Of a stretch of DNA of 64,000 nucleotides, positions 44,044-55,974 are shown one piece after another (positions within the stretch are counted from its first letter, which is position 1; every line of letters starts with the position of its first letter). The position numbers were made by a program, and so were the translations under genes. The DNA is from Trypanosoma brucei (Eukaryota). The DNA is taken from contig CP000067.1 in the NCBI GenBank assembly GCA_000002445.1, positions 896,001-960,000 on the forward strand. The letters run 5' to 3'. The notes beneath the pieces were generated by a model that saw only the letters and a list, made by a program, of their open reading frames with translations, was not told the DNA's origin and did no database searches.

Positions 44044-47000
44044 TTAATGCTTTTCCTTATTATTTAAAAAGGAAACCTCGTGTATCTGATCTCCAGGGAC
44101 GTGACAAGCGTTACCCGCATCAATTACAAATGCGGACATAAGCGCTTCAGGGCGATCAGTAATCAGTTTCATCCATTCGTTTCCGTCAAACACCTTAACG
44201 TGACGCGTGATGACCTTCTCCTTCTTGGTGGTGGGATCAGTCCACAACTCACAGTGCTCCCGCAAAAATACCAATTCCTTTTCTTTTGACGCACAGAGTG
44301 ACTCCAATGCGCTGTTTGTACCATTCAGTCCCTTCAATTGAGTTAGTAAGTCAACTATCTCTGCTTCAAGTGTAGCTAATGCAGTTTCTTTTTCAGATGA
44401 TAAAAGGGTCAGTTTTTCCTCTAAATGCTTAACCTTACACTGCAGTGCGCTATTGGCTGAGTCAGCCTCGAGTAGCCGCGCGCTAGTATCCTCGGCCAAC
44501 AACTCCTTCTCCGACAGACGTTGGGTCACCTCCTCTGCGAGCCTCTTATTCTCGGCAACCTTCAGCTCCAGCTCTTCTGCAAGTTTCTCATTCTCGGCAG
44601 CCTTCAGCTCAAGCTCTTCTGCAAGTTTCTCATTCTCGGCAGCCTTCAGCTCCAGCTCTTCTGCAAGCTTCTCATTCTCGGCAGCCTTCAGCTCAAGCTC
44701 TTCTGCAAGTTTCTCATTCTCGGCAACCTTCAGCTCCAGCTCTTCTGCAAGTTTCTCATTCTCGGCAGCCTTCAGCTCAAGCTCTTCTGCAAGTTTCTCA
44801 TTCTCGGCAACCTTCAGCTCAAGCTCTTCTGCAAGCTTCTCATTCTCGGCAGCCTTCAGCTCAAGCTCTTCTGCAAGTTTCTCATTCTCGGCAGCCTTCA
44901 GCTCCAGCTCTTCTGCAAGCTTCTCATTCTCGGCAGCCTTCAGCTCAAGCTCTTCTGCAAGTTTCTCATTCTCGGCAGCCTTCAGCTCAAGCTCTTCTGC
45001 AAGCTTCTCATTTTCGGCAGCCTTCAGCTCAAGCTCTTCTGCAAGCTTCTCATTTTCGGCAACCTTCAGCTCAAGCTCTTCTGCAAGCTTCTCATTCTCG
45101 GCAGCCTTCAGCTCAAGCTCTTCTGCAAGCTTCTCATTTTCGGCAACCTTCAGCTCAAGCTCTTCTGCAAGCTTCTCATTCTCGGCAGCCTTCAGCTCAA
45201 GCTCTTCTGCAAGTTTCTCATTCTCGGCAACCTTCAGCTCAAGCTCTTCTGCAAGCTTCTCATTCTCGGCAGCCTTCAGCTCAAGCTCTTCTGCAAGTTT
45301 CTCATTCTCGGCAACCTTCAGCTCAAGCTCTTCTGCAAGCTTCTCATTCTCGGCAGCCTTCAGCTCAAGCTCTTCTGCAAGCTTCTCATTTTCGGCAGCC
45401 TTCAGCTCAAGCTCTTCTGCAAGTTTCTCATTCTCGGCAGCCTTCAGCTCAAGCTCTTCTGCAAGCTTCTCATTTTCGGCAGCCTTCAGCTCAAGCTCTT
45501 CTGCAAGCTTCTCATTCTCGGCAACCTTCAGCTCAAGCTCTTCTGCAAGCTTCTCATTTTCGGCAGCCTTCAGCTCAAGCTCTTCTGCAAGCTTCTCATT
45601 CTCGGCAACCTTCAGCTCAAGCTCTTCTGCAAGCTTCTCATTCTCGGCAGCCTTCAGCTCAAGCTCTTCTGCAAGTTTCTCATTCTCGGCAGCCTTCAGC
45701 TCAAGCTCTTCTGCAAGTTTCTCATTCTCGGCAGCCTTCAGCTCCAGCTCTTCTGCAAGCTTCTCATTCTCGGCAGCCTTCAGCTCAAGCTCTTCTGCAA
45801 GCTTCTCATTTTCGGCAGCCTTCAGCTCAAGCTCTTCTGCAAGCTTCTCATTCTCGGCAGCCTTCAGCTCAAGCTCTTCTGCAAGTTTCTCATTCTCGGC
45901 AGCCTTCAGCTCAAGCTCTTCTGCAAGTTTCTCATTCTCGGCAACCTTCAGCTCAAGCTCTTCTGCAAGCTTCTCATTTTCGGCAACCTTCAGCTCAAGC
46001 TCTTCTGCAAGTTTCTCATTCTCGGCAGCCTTCAGCTCAAGCTCTTCTGCAAGTTTCTCATTCTCGGCAGCCTTCAGCTCAAGTTCTTCCATGAGTCTTT
46101 GTACCTGAACATTAAGATTCCGGATGTCACTGCGACTTTTGTTATTTTCAAGAACTAGTTGTTCGTTTTCAGCGGTTTTTCTCTGTATCTCCTCCGCCAA
46201 GCGCTCGTTCTGCAGGGTAACTCCGGACCTATCCCTTTCTTCTCTTTCAAGTTCCTCATGCATATTGTGCAGTTGCTCGCTTAGGCTTTGATTTTCTGCC
46301 ATAAGTTGCTCTAATCTGTCGTGGAGATTTTCTCGCTCGTCATTGGCTTGTTGAAGCTGCTGTCGCAACAGATCGTTTTCTTGCTGGAACTGGTTACTTC
46401 GATGCATATGGTCGTTGTACTCATCCAACGTCACCGAAAGCAGTGGTTCACTACTTATTTCGTCTGCGCTAACCATTTCCTGAAACGGCTTGGTTTGCGT
46501 CCCAATGGGTCGTAACGTAGGTTCAAGAGAGCGAACCTTGTGGGCATTTTGCCGTTTCTCTCTGTATGCCATGAGTTCCGCCTCCTGTTTGTCGAACAAC
46601 TCTTCTAGGTTGTTATAATGCTTTCGCAACTCTTCCAGCAATGCAGTTGTCTTGATATGGTCATCGATCTCACCCTCAAGCCTCTGCTGAAGATCAGATA
46701 TTTCCCTATCGCGCGCCTCAATGTGTGCTTGTGCGCTCTTCTCGGCCGCCCTGAGTGCCTCCAACTGTTCATCTAACTGTTCCAGATTCTCTAAGAGTCC
46801 CTCAATTTCCGCCTGTTTCTCTTCCAAGCGTTGAGTCATTTCTGAAAGCCCCTGCTCAGACAGTCTTGATTTCTCCTCCATCTGCCGAAGCTCGGCTTCG
46901 AGCCTCTCACACTCCGCTTCTAACTTTTCCTTTTCTTCCGAAACACCGCTTAACTCTGCCAGAAGGTCGTCCTGGGCGTTGAGAAGATTCTGGCACTGCT

Positions 47001-49122
47001 CCCGCTGCCGCTCTAGCTCCCGTTCAACTTGGTCACAGTGCTCCGTTTGCTCGCGGAGCTCGTCAAGGGTCACGCAGTAAACCGGTTCCGCGGTATCGTC
47101 CCCTCTGAAAGTCGACAAATTGCGCTGTGCACGTATTTGATTCGCCTGGGTTTTTTGGAGTTTCAATAACTCAAGTTCACTCGCCTGGTTATCGGCAAGA
47201 TCCCTAAGCTTTTCAACCAAATCACGCAAACGACCGATCTCAGCATGAAGCTCACCATTTCGCTGTCGCAGCGACTCCTGTTCGCGCATGGTTGATGCTG
47301 TCTGCCGGCGAAACTCCTCGGCGGATTTCTCAAGCGTGTACTGCAGTGAACGGTTCTCGTTATGGATTTTGTCCAGAAGCATAAGCAGGTCTCCTATCTC
47401 GCTTTCATACGCATCCTTATCGCCTACGCGGCCCTTCATAGCAACCTCTTCAATAAACTTGTCGAACGTCATACCGCGGAATGCATGCTCCCTGAGATCA
47501 AATGCGCGGCACACCTCAACAATTGCACGATCCAAACCCTTTTTGGGTTGGTCGACGTCGCAAAGCATCCGATCCATTCCACGGGAAGGAAATTCTTGCA
47601 GCCGCTTATTTATCTCCGCGGCAGTTTGTTTCACTGGGTGTTGAACGTCAAACGACACCTGTAGCTTCTCCGATGTAGCAGTGAACTCAATATTCCTAAT
47701 AGCATCCTCAGGAACATGGCAGGCCGCAGCCTGCTCGGTCCTGAATGTCGACAGAAGCTCCTCTGGCTTGCGTTCAACAACCTTCGACCACTCCCTCCCC
47801 GGATAAGACTTTCTGTGCTTGGTGGTGACGGTGGGTTCGTTCCGGTACATCCAACGCTCATCATGGCTGCTCAGTTCCTTGATAATTTCTTGTAAGTCCT
47901 TAATATTATTTGCAGAATCGCCTCTGGGGGCCTCAACAGACCTTAACCCGACGTCGGTTTCGATTCTTTCACGACGCGGAGCATTTGTCTTGCCTGCGTT
48001 TGTAAACAAACTGAACACGAAACGCTCCTGTAAATTCAAACGCCTTTCTTCAAGTTCGCTCGTGTACATTGAAAGGCAATGAAGCTCGGCCATCGCCTCC
48101 ATGTAGCTGTTAGATAAATGAGAAAAGTGATCATTTATCTGGAGGCGAGTTTGCTCTGCCTTATCGAGTATCAACCCCACTTCATCGTCAGTTAATACGC
48201 AGTCCTGTGCTGAAGGATCAACTCCCACAATGGATATGACGGAGGAGAGGGGAGCCTTAAGCTGCACCGACGTTTTGGTGAATGATGTTAACTGACCTCC
48301 GAATGTCGGCGTCCCTCCCCGTTCGAGCTCCTCCTTCAGCTTCATCACCTTCAAACGGCAGCCCTTCATTCCCGCAATGCAGTTTGCAATGGCATCATTT
48401 TGTTCCTGCACTCGTGTGTCCGTTGTCAGACGGCAGTACGCTTCCTGATACGCTAAAGCACTTAATACCCAGTGATGTAAGCTGCTGATTGCCTCAGAAT
48501 CTCGTGATGCAGCCAGTGACGAAAGACGCTGCTCGTTTAGTGATGAACATATCTCTTCAGCGTTAGGGTACGTTTTCCCAGTGATGTCTGCGCTTATGAA
48601 ATCTGCAATGGCATTCGGCCTCCGGTATTCCATACGAATGTCGTCCCATGTGGAGCAGTTGGTTACTGTCGGGTCGTTTTGTGCCAGCGCGAGCACAGAC
48701 TTGAGAACCTCAACGGCAACTGGAGAGGGGCATGCTTGAGACGTTACTTCCCGCATGTGCACTTCGTCAACGCTCGCCACACGCGCCTTGGCATCCTCAA
48801 ACACGGCGCGTGCGGCAGAAACGCGGTCTTCGTTTTCGCTGCGGATGGCAGCCAGTTTATCACGCGCACTGGAGAGCTGCTCCTGAAACACGCCCATGCG
48901 CTTCATCTCCTTCTGAATTTCGCTGGATATATTGTGCTTCAGCGTCTCGCAGCTACCTTCATTGACTGCCCACTGCTCCACGACAACAACATGTTTGTCG
49001 GAAGAGACGACCGTGCCCAAAGCCCACTGCCAGTGCTCTCCGTTTGCCAAATGATCGAATGCAATAACTTGGCCAGGCTGTAAAGTTAGTGGGTTTTCAC
49101 TGATAACATTCAGAAGAGCCAT
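44044..49122 (-). CDS. FAZ1: Giant coiled-coil repeat protein (1692 aa), FAZ1-like (flagellum attachment zone protein 1)
   Basis: It has a globular N-terminal region, then long coiled-coil, then about 37 tandem 14-aa repeats (ELELKAAENEKLAE / ELELKVAENEKLAE), then a coiled-coil C-terminus. Size and 14-aa repeat architecture match my recollection of T. brucei FAZ1. This attribution is from memory and is not searchable here. Confidence 0.75.
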   Translation of the reverse strand: MALLNVISENPLTLQPGQVIAFDHLANGEHWQWALGTVVSSDKHVVVVEQWAVNEGSCETLKHNISSEIQKEMKRMGVFQEQLSSARDKLAAIRSENEDRVSAARAVFEDAKARVASVDEVHMREVTSQACPSPVAVEVLKSVLALAQNDPTVTNCSTWDDIRMEYRRPNAIADFISADITGKTYPNAEEICSSLNEQRLSSLAASRDSEAISSLHHWVLSALAYQEAYCRLTTDTRVQEQNDAIANCIAGMKGCRLKVMKLKEELERGGTPTFGGQLTSFTKTSVQLKAPLSSVISIVGVDPSAQDCVLTDDEVGLILDKAEQTRLQINDHFSHLSNSYMEAMAELHCLSMYTSELEERRLNLQERFVFSLFTNAGKTNAPRRERIETDVGLRSVEAPRGDSANNIKDLQEIIKELSSHDERWMYRNEPTVTTKHRKSYPGREWSKVVERKPEELLSTFRTEQAAACHVPEDAIRNIEFTATSEKLQVSFDVQHPVKQTAAEINKRLQEFPSRGMDRMLCDVDQPKKGLDRAIVEVCRAFDLREHAFRGMTFDKFIEEVAMKGRVGDKDAYESEIGDLLMLLDKIHNENRSLQYTLEKSAEEFRRQTASTMREQESLRQRNGELHAEIGRLRDLVEKLRDLADNQASELELLKLQKTQANQIRAQRNLSTFRGDDTAEPVYCVTLDELREQTEHCDQVERELERQREQCQNLLNAQDDLLAELSGVSEEKEKLEAECERLEAELRQMEEKSRLSEQGLSEMTQRLEEKQAEIEGLLENLEQLDEQLEALRAAEKSAQAHIEARDREISDLQQRLEGEIDDHIKTTALLEELRKHYNNLEELFDKQEAELMAYREKRQNAHKVRSLEPTLRPIGTQTKPFQEMVSADEISSEPLLSVTLDEYNDHMHRSNQFQQENDLLRQQLQQANDERENLHDRLEQLMAENQSLSEQLHNMHEELEREERDRSGVTLQNERLAEEIQRKTAENEQLVLENNKSRSDIRNLNVQVQRLMEELELKAAENEKLAEELELKAAENEKLAEELELKVAENEKLAEELELKVAENEKLAEELELKAAENEKLAEELELKAAENEKLAEELELKAAENEKLAEELELKAAENEKLAEELELKAAENEKLAEELELKAAENEKLAEELELKAAENEKLAEELELKVAENEKLAEELELKAAENEKLAEELELKVAENEKLAEELELKAAENEKLAEELELKAAENEKLAEELELKAAENEKLAEELELKAAENEKLAEELELKVAENEKLAEELELKAAENEKLAEELELKVAENEKLAEELELKAAENEKLAEELELKVAENEKLAEELELKAAENEKLAEELELKVAENEKLAEELELKAAENEKLAEELELKAAENEKLAEELELKAAENEKLAEELELKAAENEKLAEELELKAAENEKLAEELELKVAENEKLAEELELKAAENEKLAEELELKVAENEKLAEELELKAAENEKLAEELELKAAENEKLAEELELKAAENEKLAEELELKVAENKRLAEEVTQRLSEKELLAEDTSARLLEADSANSALQCKVKHLEEKLTLLSSEKETALATLEAEIVDLLTQLKGLNGTNSALESLCASKEKELVFLREHCELWTDPTTKKEKVITRHVKVFDGNEWMKLITDRPEALMSAFVIDAGNACHVPGDQIHEVSFLNNKEKH
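44509..46085. repeat. 42-bp (14-codon) in-frame tandem repeat, about 37 copies, inside the FAZ1-like CDS
   Basis: Period-42 repetition of ctcggcagccttcagctcaagctcttctgcaagcttctcatt. Variants gcagcc/gcaacc give A/V, and ctcaag/ctccag and aagctt/aagttt are synonymous. Confidence 0.9.
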
Positions 49123-52100
49123 AATTGGAGCACTTCTAAAGCGACTTAATCCGGAGTTCGCGAATCCCTATATCCTTGCGGAAGTGCTATTTTATTTTTT
49201 CCTACCCACTGTTGTTGCTTGACTTGTTTTCCCTCTCCGATGTCGAGGAGAGAAATTTAATTTTACGTAGAGAAAAATGGCATAGGTGTATGGTCACATT
49301 TTTTTCTGTGCGACCGCAGGGGCAGGCAGAGCAAGATGATCCACATCCACCTGTTCCTTTCTTGCAGAACTCCAACCCCGACACAGAAAGGGTTTACAAT
49401 AGATATATCGGTACTGCATCAACTGCTGCAGCTTCCGAAGGAGGTTGCAGGTGTTTACCACAAGTATAAACAAAATAAATATGTTATCGCGTGCAAAAAG
49501 CTGCTTCTTAAACGCGCAAGAAAATAAAGTCCTCTGTTAATCCTTACGCACACCTCGAAGGGGCACAAAGACATGTTACGCAGAACTACGCGAAGAAAGA
49601 CGGTATTGTATGCTATCGCCCTCCCCTATAGCCACGTTAACATAAATAGTGAAACGCTGAAATGGGTTAGTCGTGCAAACGTAACACCCCTCCCGCACAC
49701 ACTCGCTGATCCCTCCTCATATACGCCTTTACTGGGGCGGGTAACGCTGCGCACGTCACTTCACATCCCTTTGCACAATAATCTTGACGCTCTGTTTGGA
49801 CCATGTGCTTTATTTCCGTTACGGAACACTACAAAGATATAAGCACCGAATGAACAGCTGTGAGGGAATCAGTCGAGTATTCAAAAAAAAAAAATGCCCC
49901 TTCCGACTATATAAGAGCAACCACATATTCGTCAATCGATTTGTTCCTTTATACGAAATTTTCTAACTGCAAAGGTAACTACAACAACCTCATTAGTAAA
50001 CAGCTAAACAAAAAATCTACACACAAACGTCGGCACGAGAGTGCCTATGAATTGAAACAAAGAAATTACAGAATACACACCCTGACACGCAAAATACGCT
50101 CGCTCGCTGACAGCGTAGGTAGGCGGGTAAAGGACAAACCACTGTAAATATTTTATTCTTAATACCTTTTCACACACGCTGAACAAAAATGTGATAACAT
50201 CGGTAACTGTCCGCTTTAGCTTGTGTTTTTCTTTAAGATACCAGTCTCTAGTAACAGAAAGCGGTAGCTGTCCTGATTATCCTTGTGAACTACAAAATCA
50301 ACGCCATTTCGTTCCTGTAAATGGTCAGATAATGTCCACAACAGTACCAGATGGTATAATATTTGATAAAATGGCACGCAATGCGACAACTTCATGGCAT
50401 CAGACAAGCAGGACAAATCAAATACTTCCACTTCGCCATCGATGCAGATTCTGTGGCGGAAGGAGCACGGCAGCACAACGGCAAGTATTAATGCTGCGCA
50501 TTCAACGACGTGCTGTTACTTGCACTCCTCATTTATTACAACAATAGGAAATACAGAACACCACCATAACCCCTCGTAAGCGTAGTGTTTTAACTTGGAG
50601 AAATCCCACACCAAAAGATACCTGGATATTCGGAAGTTGCTATAAAAACAAACACTCTATGGGTCCAACTAAGTGTATCGTGACGATCATTTTCATTTTT
50701 TTTTTCCTAATCCAGTGAGATATGCTTCTGCTTCCCTTGATCATATGTGTTGCTTCATTTTACTCCCTGGGTTTATTACTGTTCTATGCTTGATAGCCGT
50801 TTCACCTTCGGCACAGCGAAGCATTGAGAACCGGAACGGATATAAAAGCCACTTGCGCTTGGAACGAATCATTTTCGTGAGCACCGGTGATAATAAAAGT
50901 GAATGCGGCAAACTGATGGGCATAGCAGTGACCGCCACAAAAGCAACTATAGCACGACCCCTTCTCAACATGTAAATATGGTGTCCCCCTACATAGCCCG
51001 GTGTTTTGGTGCAAGTATCCGAACGACAAAGAGTAATCAATTTCCCGTTTTTCACTACAAAAATACAAGAGAACATAAGCTAAAAATACCGGATCTCACT
51101 GTATGAATAGAAACACAATAACGTGCAAACGTGCAATGCCTTGCCAACGCGTAGCTTATGTAAAGTCATCCATTTATTTACGCAACATGAAACACACACC
51201 CTGATGTTAAAAACACAGAGGTGGGACAAACCCCCCTCCTGCGGGTACGCTGTGGTAAGGAAATAAAGACATCAGACAACGTACTGTTAATTAAAGTTAA
51301 ACGAAAGTTCATTCCGTCGCCGACTGTCAGCTCAACGCATATGTATTTTTCCAAGCAGAATCATCACAGTTTTTTTCTTGATATGGATACCATTTTATAC
51401 AATAACGGCATTAACCACGTCTTTCTCAAATGACATTGCTTCGCTATCCCAACACTAACATCTGGCAACCACTCTATGTATACTCTGTTTCACATCTACT
51501 GCGTCCTGACTCTGTGATGCAGATTATAAACCTTGGTACCGCAAAATAGAAGCTTTAATAGCACTGAACCACATAGTTACTCGAAACTACCCAACGCTTT
51601 GAACCACCGCATGCAAAAGCCGGAATGAATCAGGACATGCGTAGCATCAAGAAGTAAACATAAGCTCACGGAAGTGAAATTCAACTATTTATCGCATTGG
51701 GATAACTCGAACAATGCTCCGTTAGAGACCCACCGTATGTTTCAGTTGAACGAATACTAAAAACGCTCGGTCTCTGCTTGAAAAATTTGAAGTCCCTTCT
51801 ATATCAATAACTAAGTGGTCGCGCTTCAATAGTCGTGCGCTCCAAAAGAAAGAAGGAGAGCTAGAAATTTTTCGGTGAGTATAGTACAAGAAATTTGCAA
51901 AGAGGCATGAGTAAATGAACTTCGGGGGAATGTTTGAGCAACGAGAGTACCGTATCTGAATGCGAGGTAAGACTCAGTGTACTTGTTAGTGGCGCTTACC
52001 ATCTTCACCTGCCTTGTTGACTAGTGCTGAAAAACGAGAGGAATAAAAGTGCCGCGGGCATAAAGCCAAAAGGCAAGCCAACTTGGTAATCTATTTATTT

Positions 52101-55100
52101 TTTTAACGGAGGTATCAATAATAACTTCAACAGAGGTTGAAACGAGGATACTTAGTGTGGAAAGGGCTGATGAATACATCTAGGACGCGAACCGGTAAGT
52201 ACCTTAATTTCGGGTAAATGATAATAATAATAATAACCGTATTTCTCCAGTAGTCATACCATAAACCGAGCACATGCATAATGAGTTGTTAAAACACGCA
52301 CACTATCTTCATTGTCACCAGTGTATGACACCCAACGCTGATCAAGCGCGTAGGCAACATATTACAAACGGGTGTTAAGTTGTATGAAATATGGCACTGT
52401 TTCAAATGCTACCCCCTTCTCAACAGCGTCAGTACACCTCGCACTGCAGTCGGACGAAGGCACAGATGTGACACCCAACGTCACGGTGTTTCAACAAGAC
52501 GCTTGCAGAGCGTGCAGAAAAGTGATTCCTTTGCGGCTGTGCCTATGCGCGCACCCCATTACCATCAGTACTCCCGAACAGGAACCCACCTTCCGAGACG
52601 ACAACAACGGCTGGTATAAAGATCAACGACCATGCACTTGCCAGCGCGCAGCGGACGCAACTCATAGACCCATAAAAGCATGAATTCAATAAAACAATAG
52701 CAACACCAATGTGAAAACGTCTGCGATAGCGCCGCCACCTTCATTCACCCGGTCCACTGCACTGCGCACCGCTCCCACACCGATAGGTGCCAGAGGCATC
52801 GATGAACGACTACTTCGCAGCACCTCCAAAACGGTTTTAGACAGAAATTAGCAGGGCCGCCGGCTCGCCCGGGCACTAAAGCAATCCCTTAAACTACCTG
52901 AAACCTGGCGGAAGACCCCACGGAAACGCACGGGCGGAGGCCTACAGAGAAAGGCGCCCCGCTACGCACAGGCGCCCTCGCCGGCTCACAAAAAGGAAAC
53001 CATGCGTACCTCCCACTCACGAGACACACCACAACCGCCGAACCCCATACCGTGTGGACGTCCCCCGCGCGCAGGGGGAACCACGGGTTTACTGCTGCAG
53101 TCCCGTCACCCCAGCAGCGAACACGCGGATCCCTCGCGATAGCCGAAAACAAAGCAGAGGGAAATGACTCGCGTCTGTCGGGGCCGCGGACGCCAGCGCC
53201 TCAACAGGTCAACTTTGGGCAGAACCTCCTCAGGTCGGGGACGTCAAGAGCCCCCACGTGGCACCGGGGTTGAGTACATCATTAAAGGGGAGGCCAAACG
53301 ACTGTTCGCACCCTGTCATCAGGGAGACATGGCAGCTCGCCGGCTGTTGGTTGTTGGGGTAATGGGAGAAGTGGAAACGATATTGGCTCCCTGATGTGGG
53401 AACCGATATCTTTGTTGTCCCTTGCACGCTCTTGCATGTTCCCGTGGGCGTGTAGGGGCAACTCCCGTTGTGGAGAAGATATCAGAGGCAACTGTAATTC
53501 ACCTACTGGCGTATGGTAAGGGACTGTCTCTTCAAATTTTTTTGGGGGAAAAGGAAGGCTTCTTTTGCGTTTTGAAGGGGACATACATCCACGCGACGAA
53601 GAAGTGAACTGCAAAATGATGCCTGTATTTCCGGAGCATTGATATAGCAAACCCTTCTAGGGGTTGACGAGTGTCAAAATCGGCAGAAAATAGCACAGGT
53701 AGAATGCAAGGCTCGTAACAAAATGGGGACTGGAAGAGTGCCAGCTAAACCGAAACTCGCTCAGGAGTAGTGGAACACACTCGTGTCAATATTTTTCTGT
53801 GGCCAAATCTGGAATCACCTGACCACTACTGGAAGGTTGCATGGAAGAGATAGTTTGAAGGTTTGCAGAAAGGCAATGGAGTAGCAATTCGACGAAGGAG
53901 GAAACTTAAATACCCCACATATCACGCGGAATGCTGCCTTGGAATAGGATTCCGCAGAATATGAGGGATAAATGTTATTGCCGCCTGAAGGAATAATAGT
54001 CACTTATAGGGATAGGGGTTTACGATGGGAATTAGGCAGTTCCTTCAGCTGTTGGAAGTTTTGAAGCAAATAGACAAGACAGAAAAAACAATGAACTTCC
54101 TGAGGAATCAGAGCAGGCAATGCAAAAGGCACTGACCGAAGCGCAGAGTAGAACACGATACAAATGTAGATGGTGCGATTATTAGCGTGTTCATGTGTCG
54201 GGGCCCATTCTGCACACAAGGAACAAACACTCGGTGGAAGTTGGAATGAAAAAAGATACAAATGATAAAGCATCTCCGGCATCAAAGACAGCTCCAAAGA
54301 CCCTCCAACGCTCGCAGTACAAAATGCGTGCAACAAAGTGACCTCACTGAACTCATGCAGCGGAAAGGCGAATGCAAAATAGGAAAAAAAGCACAACACT
54401 GTAAAAAGTGGGTACTACTCATCTTCCCTAAAACCGTCACAACACCCCTCCCCAGGAAGCGCTGCGTAGAGAAAGCGGTCGAAAATGCCGCAAACAGATG
54501 GTTGCCGTTTCGCATGCAACTGGCACGTTTCCATGCAAGCTATTTCAACCAAAGGATTTGGAGCTAAACACAGAGGAGCGTCAACAGACTCAAGATAACT
54601 GTCAAAGGAATTCACACTGAAACGACCATGGGTTGGGAAAAAGGAAAAGGGGGACTACTTCGCCGACGGCCAAGCCTACCTACATTCCGCCACGCCATAC
54701 TTTGAAGAACCCGGCGTGTGAGTGCTGCTTGCGGCCGAGGGCACACAACTCATTGGCGCAAAAGGTGACAGTCACGCGGCGGTGTGGAACCGCACGATTC
54801 GATCAGATACTAGGGGAATAACTTTACTGCGGCGCCATGTCGGTAAGTAGCTTCGGGCCAACAAAAAACTGGCGATAGCACCAAGTGTGCGTGCCAACAT
54901 CGGGAGCTCACACCTGATGCGTCACCCCTCAAGGGAAGTGCGGGGCGCACCAATGGATGTCATAGAACTTCACCGAGCAGTGATGGTCAACATCTCCTCG
55001 ATATGAGTGTGTGGAACGTACGGGGTGAGCCCATTCGCCAACAGCTTCTCTGCATTCGTAGACCAAATCCAAACGGAGAAATTTTCTCAGGACAGCCGAC

Positions 55101-55974
55101 GAACTCTGACGGAAGAATTGGAACTGGTGGAACGCGCACGAATTGGAGAAATGTCTGAGGTGCGGCATCCGTGTTGCAACCGCAGGGGTTGTTCCTTGAA
55201 TCACAGCCACACCACAACACTCAACACCTCAACTTACTAAACTCGATAAGGGGATTGCGAGGTGTCATCGCTCATTGAATGGGGGAACTGGTCGACATGC
55301 AGAGGTAGCTTCCAGGCCGCATGACAAATGAAGGGTGTTTCGTGCCGTTCTGAGAGCACAAGGCTCCGGTCCGTTGCAACTGGTGCGTCAAGAAAGTGTA
55401 CGCGTCGGGGCCATTCAACCTCCTGGCGGCTATATGAGACGGTGCTCCAAAACCGACTACCGGCAGGAGAAACATTTCGTTGATCCCTACGCGCCCCGGG
55501 CAACAGATTACTTATCCTCGCCCTTAAGGCATTCGACGTGAGTTTATGGAATGGAATCGTACCTGCTGCACGGGAGAGTTATCAATAATTTCCATACAGA
55601 AACACCCTAAGAAGGTGGAGCGTTTGGATGTCCACGAGGCGGTGAAAGCGATGAGTTGCGCGCGCAAAGCCATCGAGAACATCGTTGGTAATGGAATTGG
55701 GGACTTTATGAGGGAGGGGCCCACACTAGAACCGGGATTTCGGCCGGGTCGCCCCACGCTAAGGCTGCTTCAGCGCTTCCAGATGGCCCTTGGTCACCCG
55801 TCGCCGTCGCACATGGGAGCGGCATTCATAGTTTACGCGAATGCCTTGGATGTCACACGGAAAGCGGCTGATGGTTTTATTTTACAGCAGAATGAAAGGA
55901 ACAAAAGTTGGCAAAACACTGTTAAACAGCCGGACGCTTGCAAGAGGCATAAAGCAACTGCATCAGAGCGCACT

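Noticed and set aside
44453-46158. 551-aa Ser-rich and 545-aa Leu-rich ORFs on the plus strand antisense to the FAZ1-like repeats
   Set aside because: These are frame artefacts of the 42-bp (3 x 14) repeat on the non-coding strand. They lie opposite a clearly coding, strand-consistent gene.
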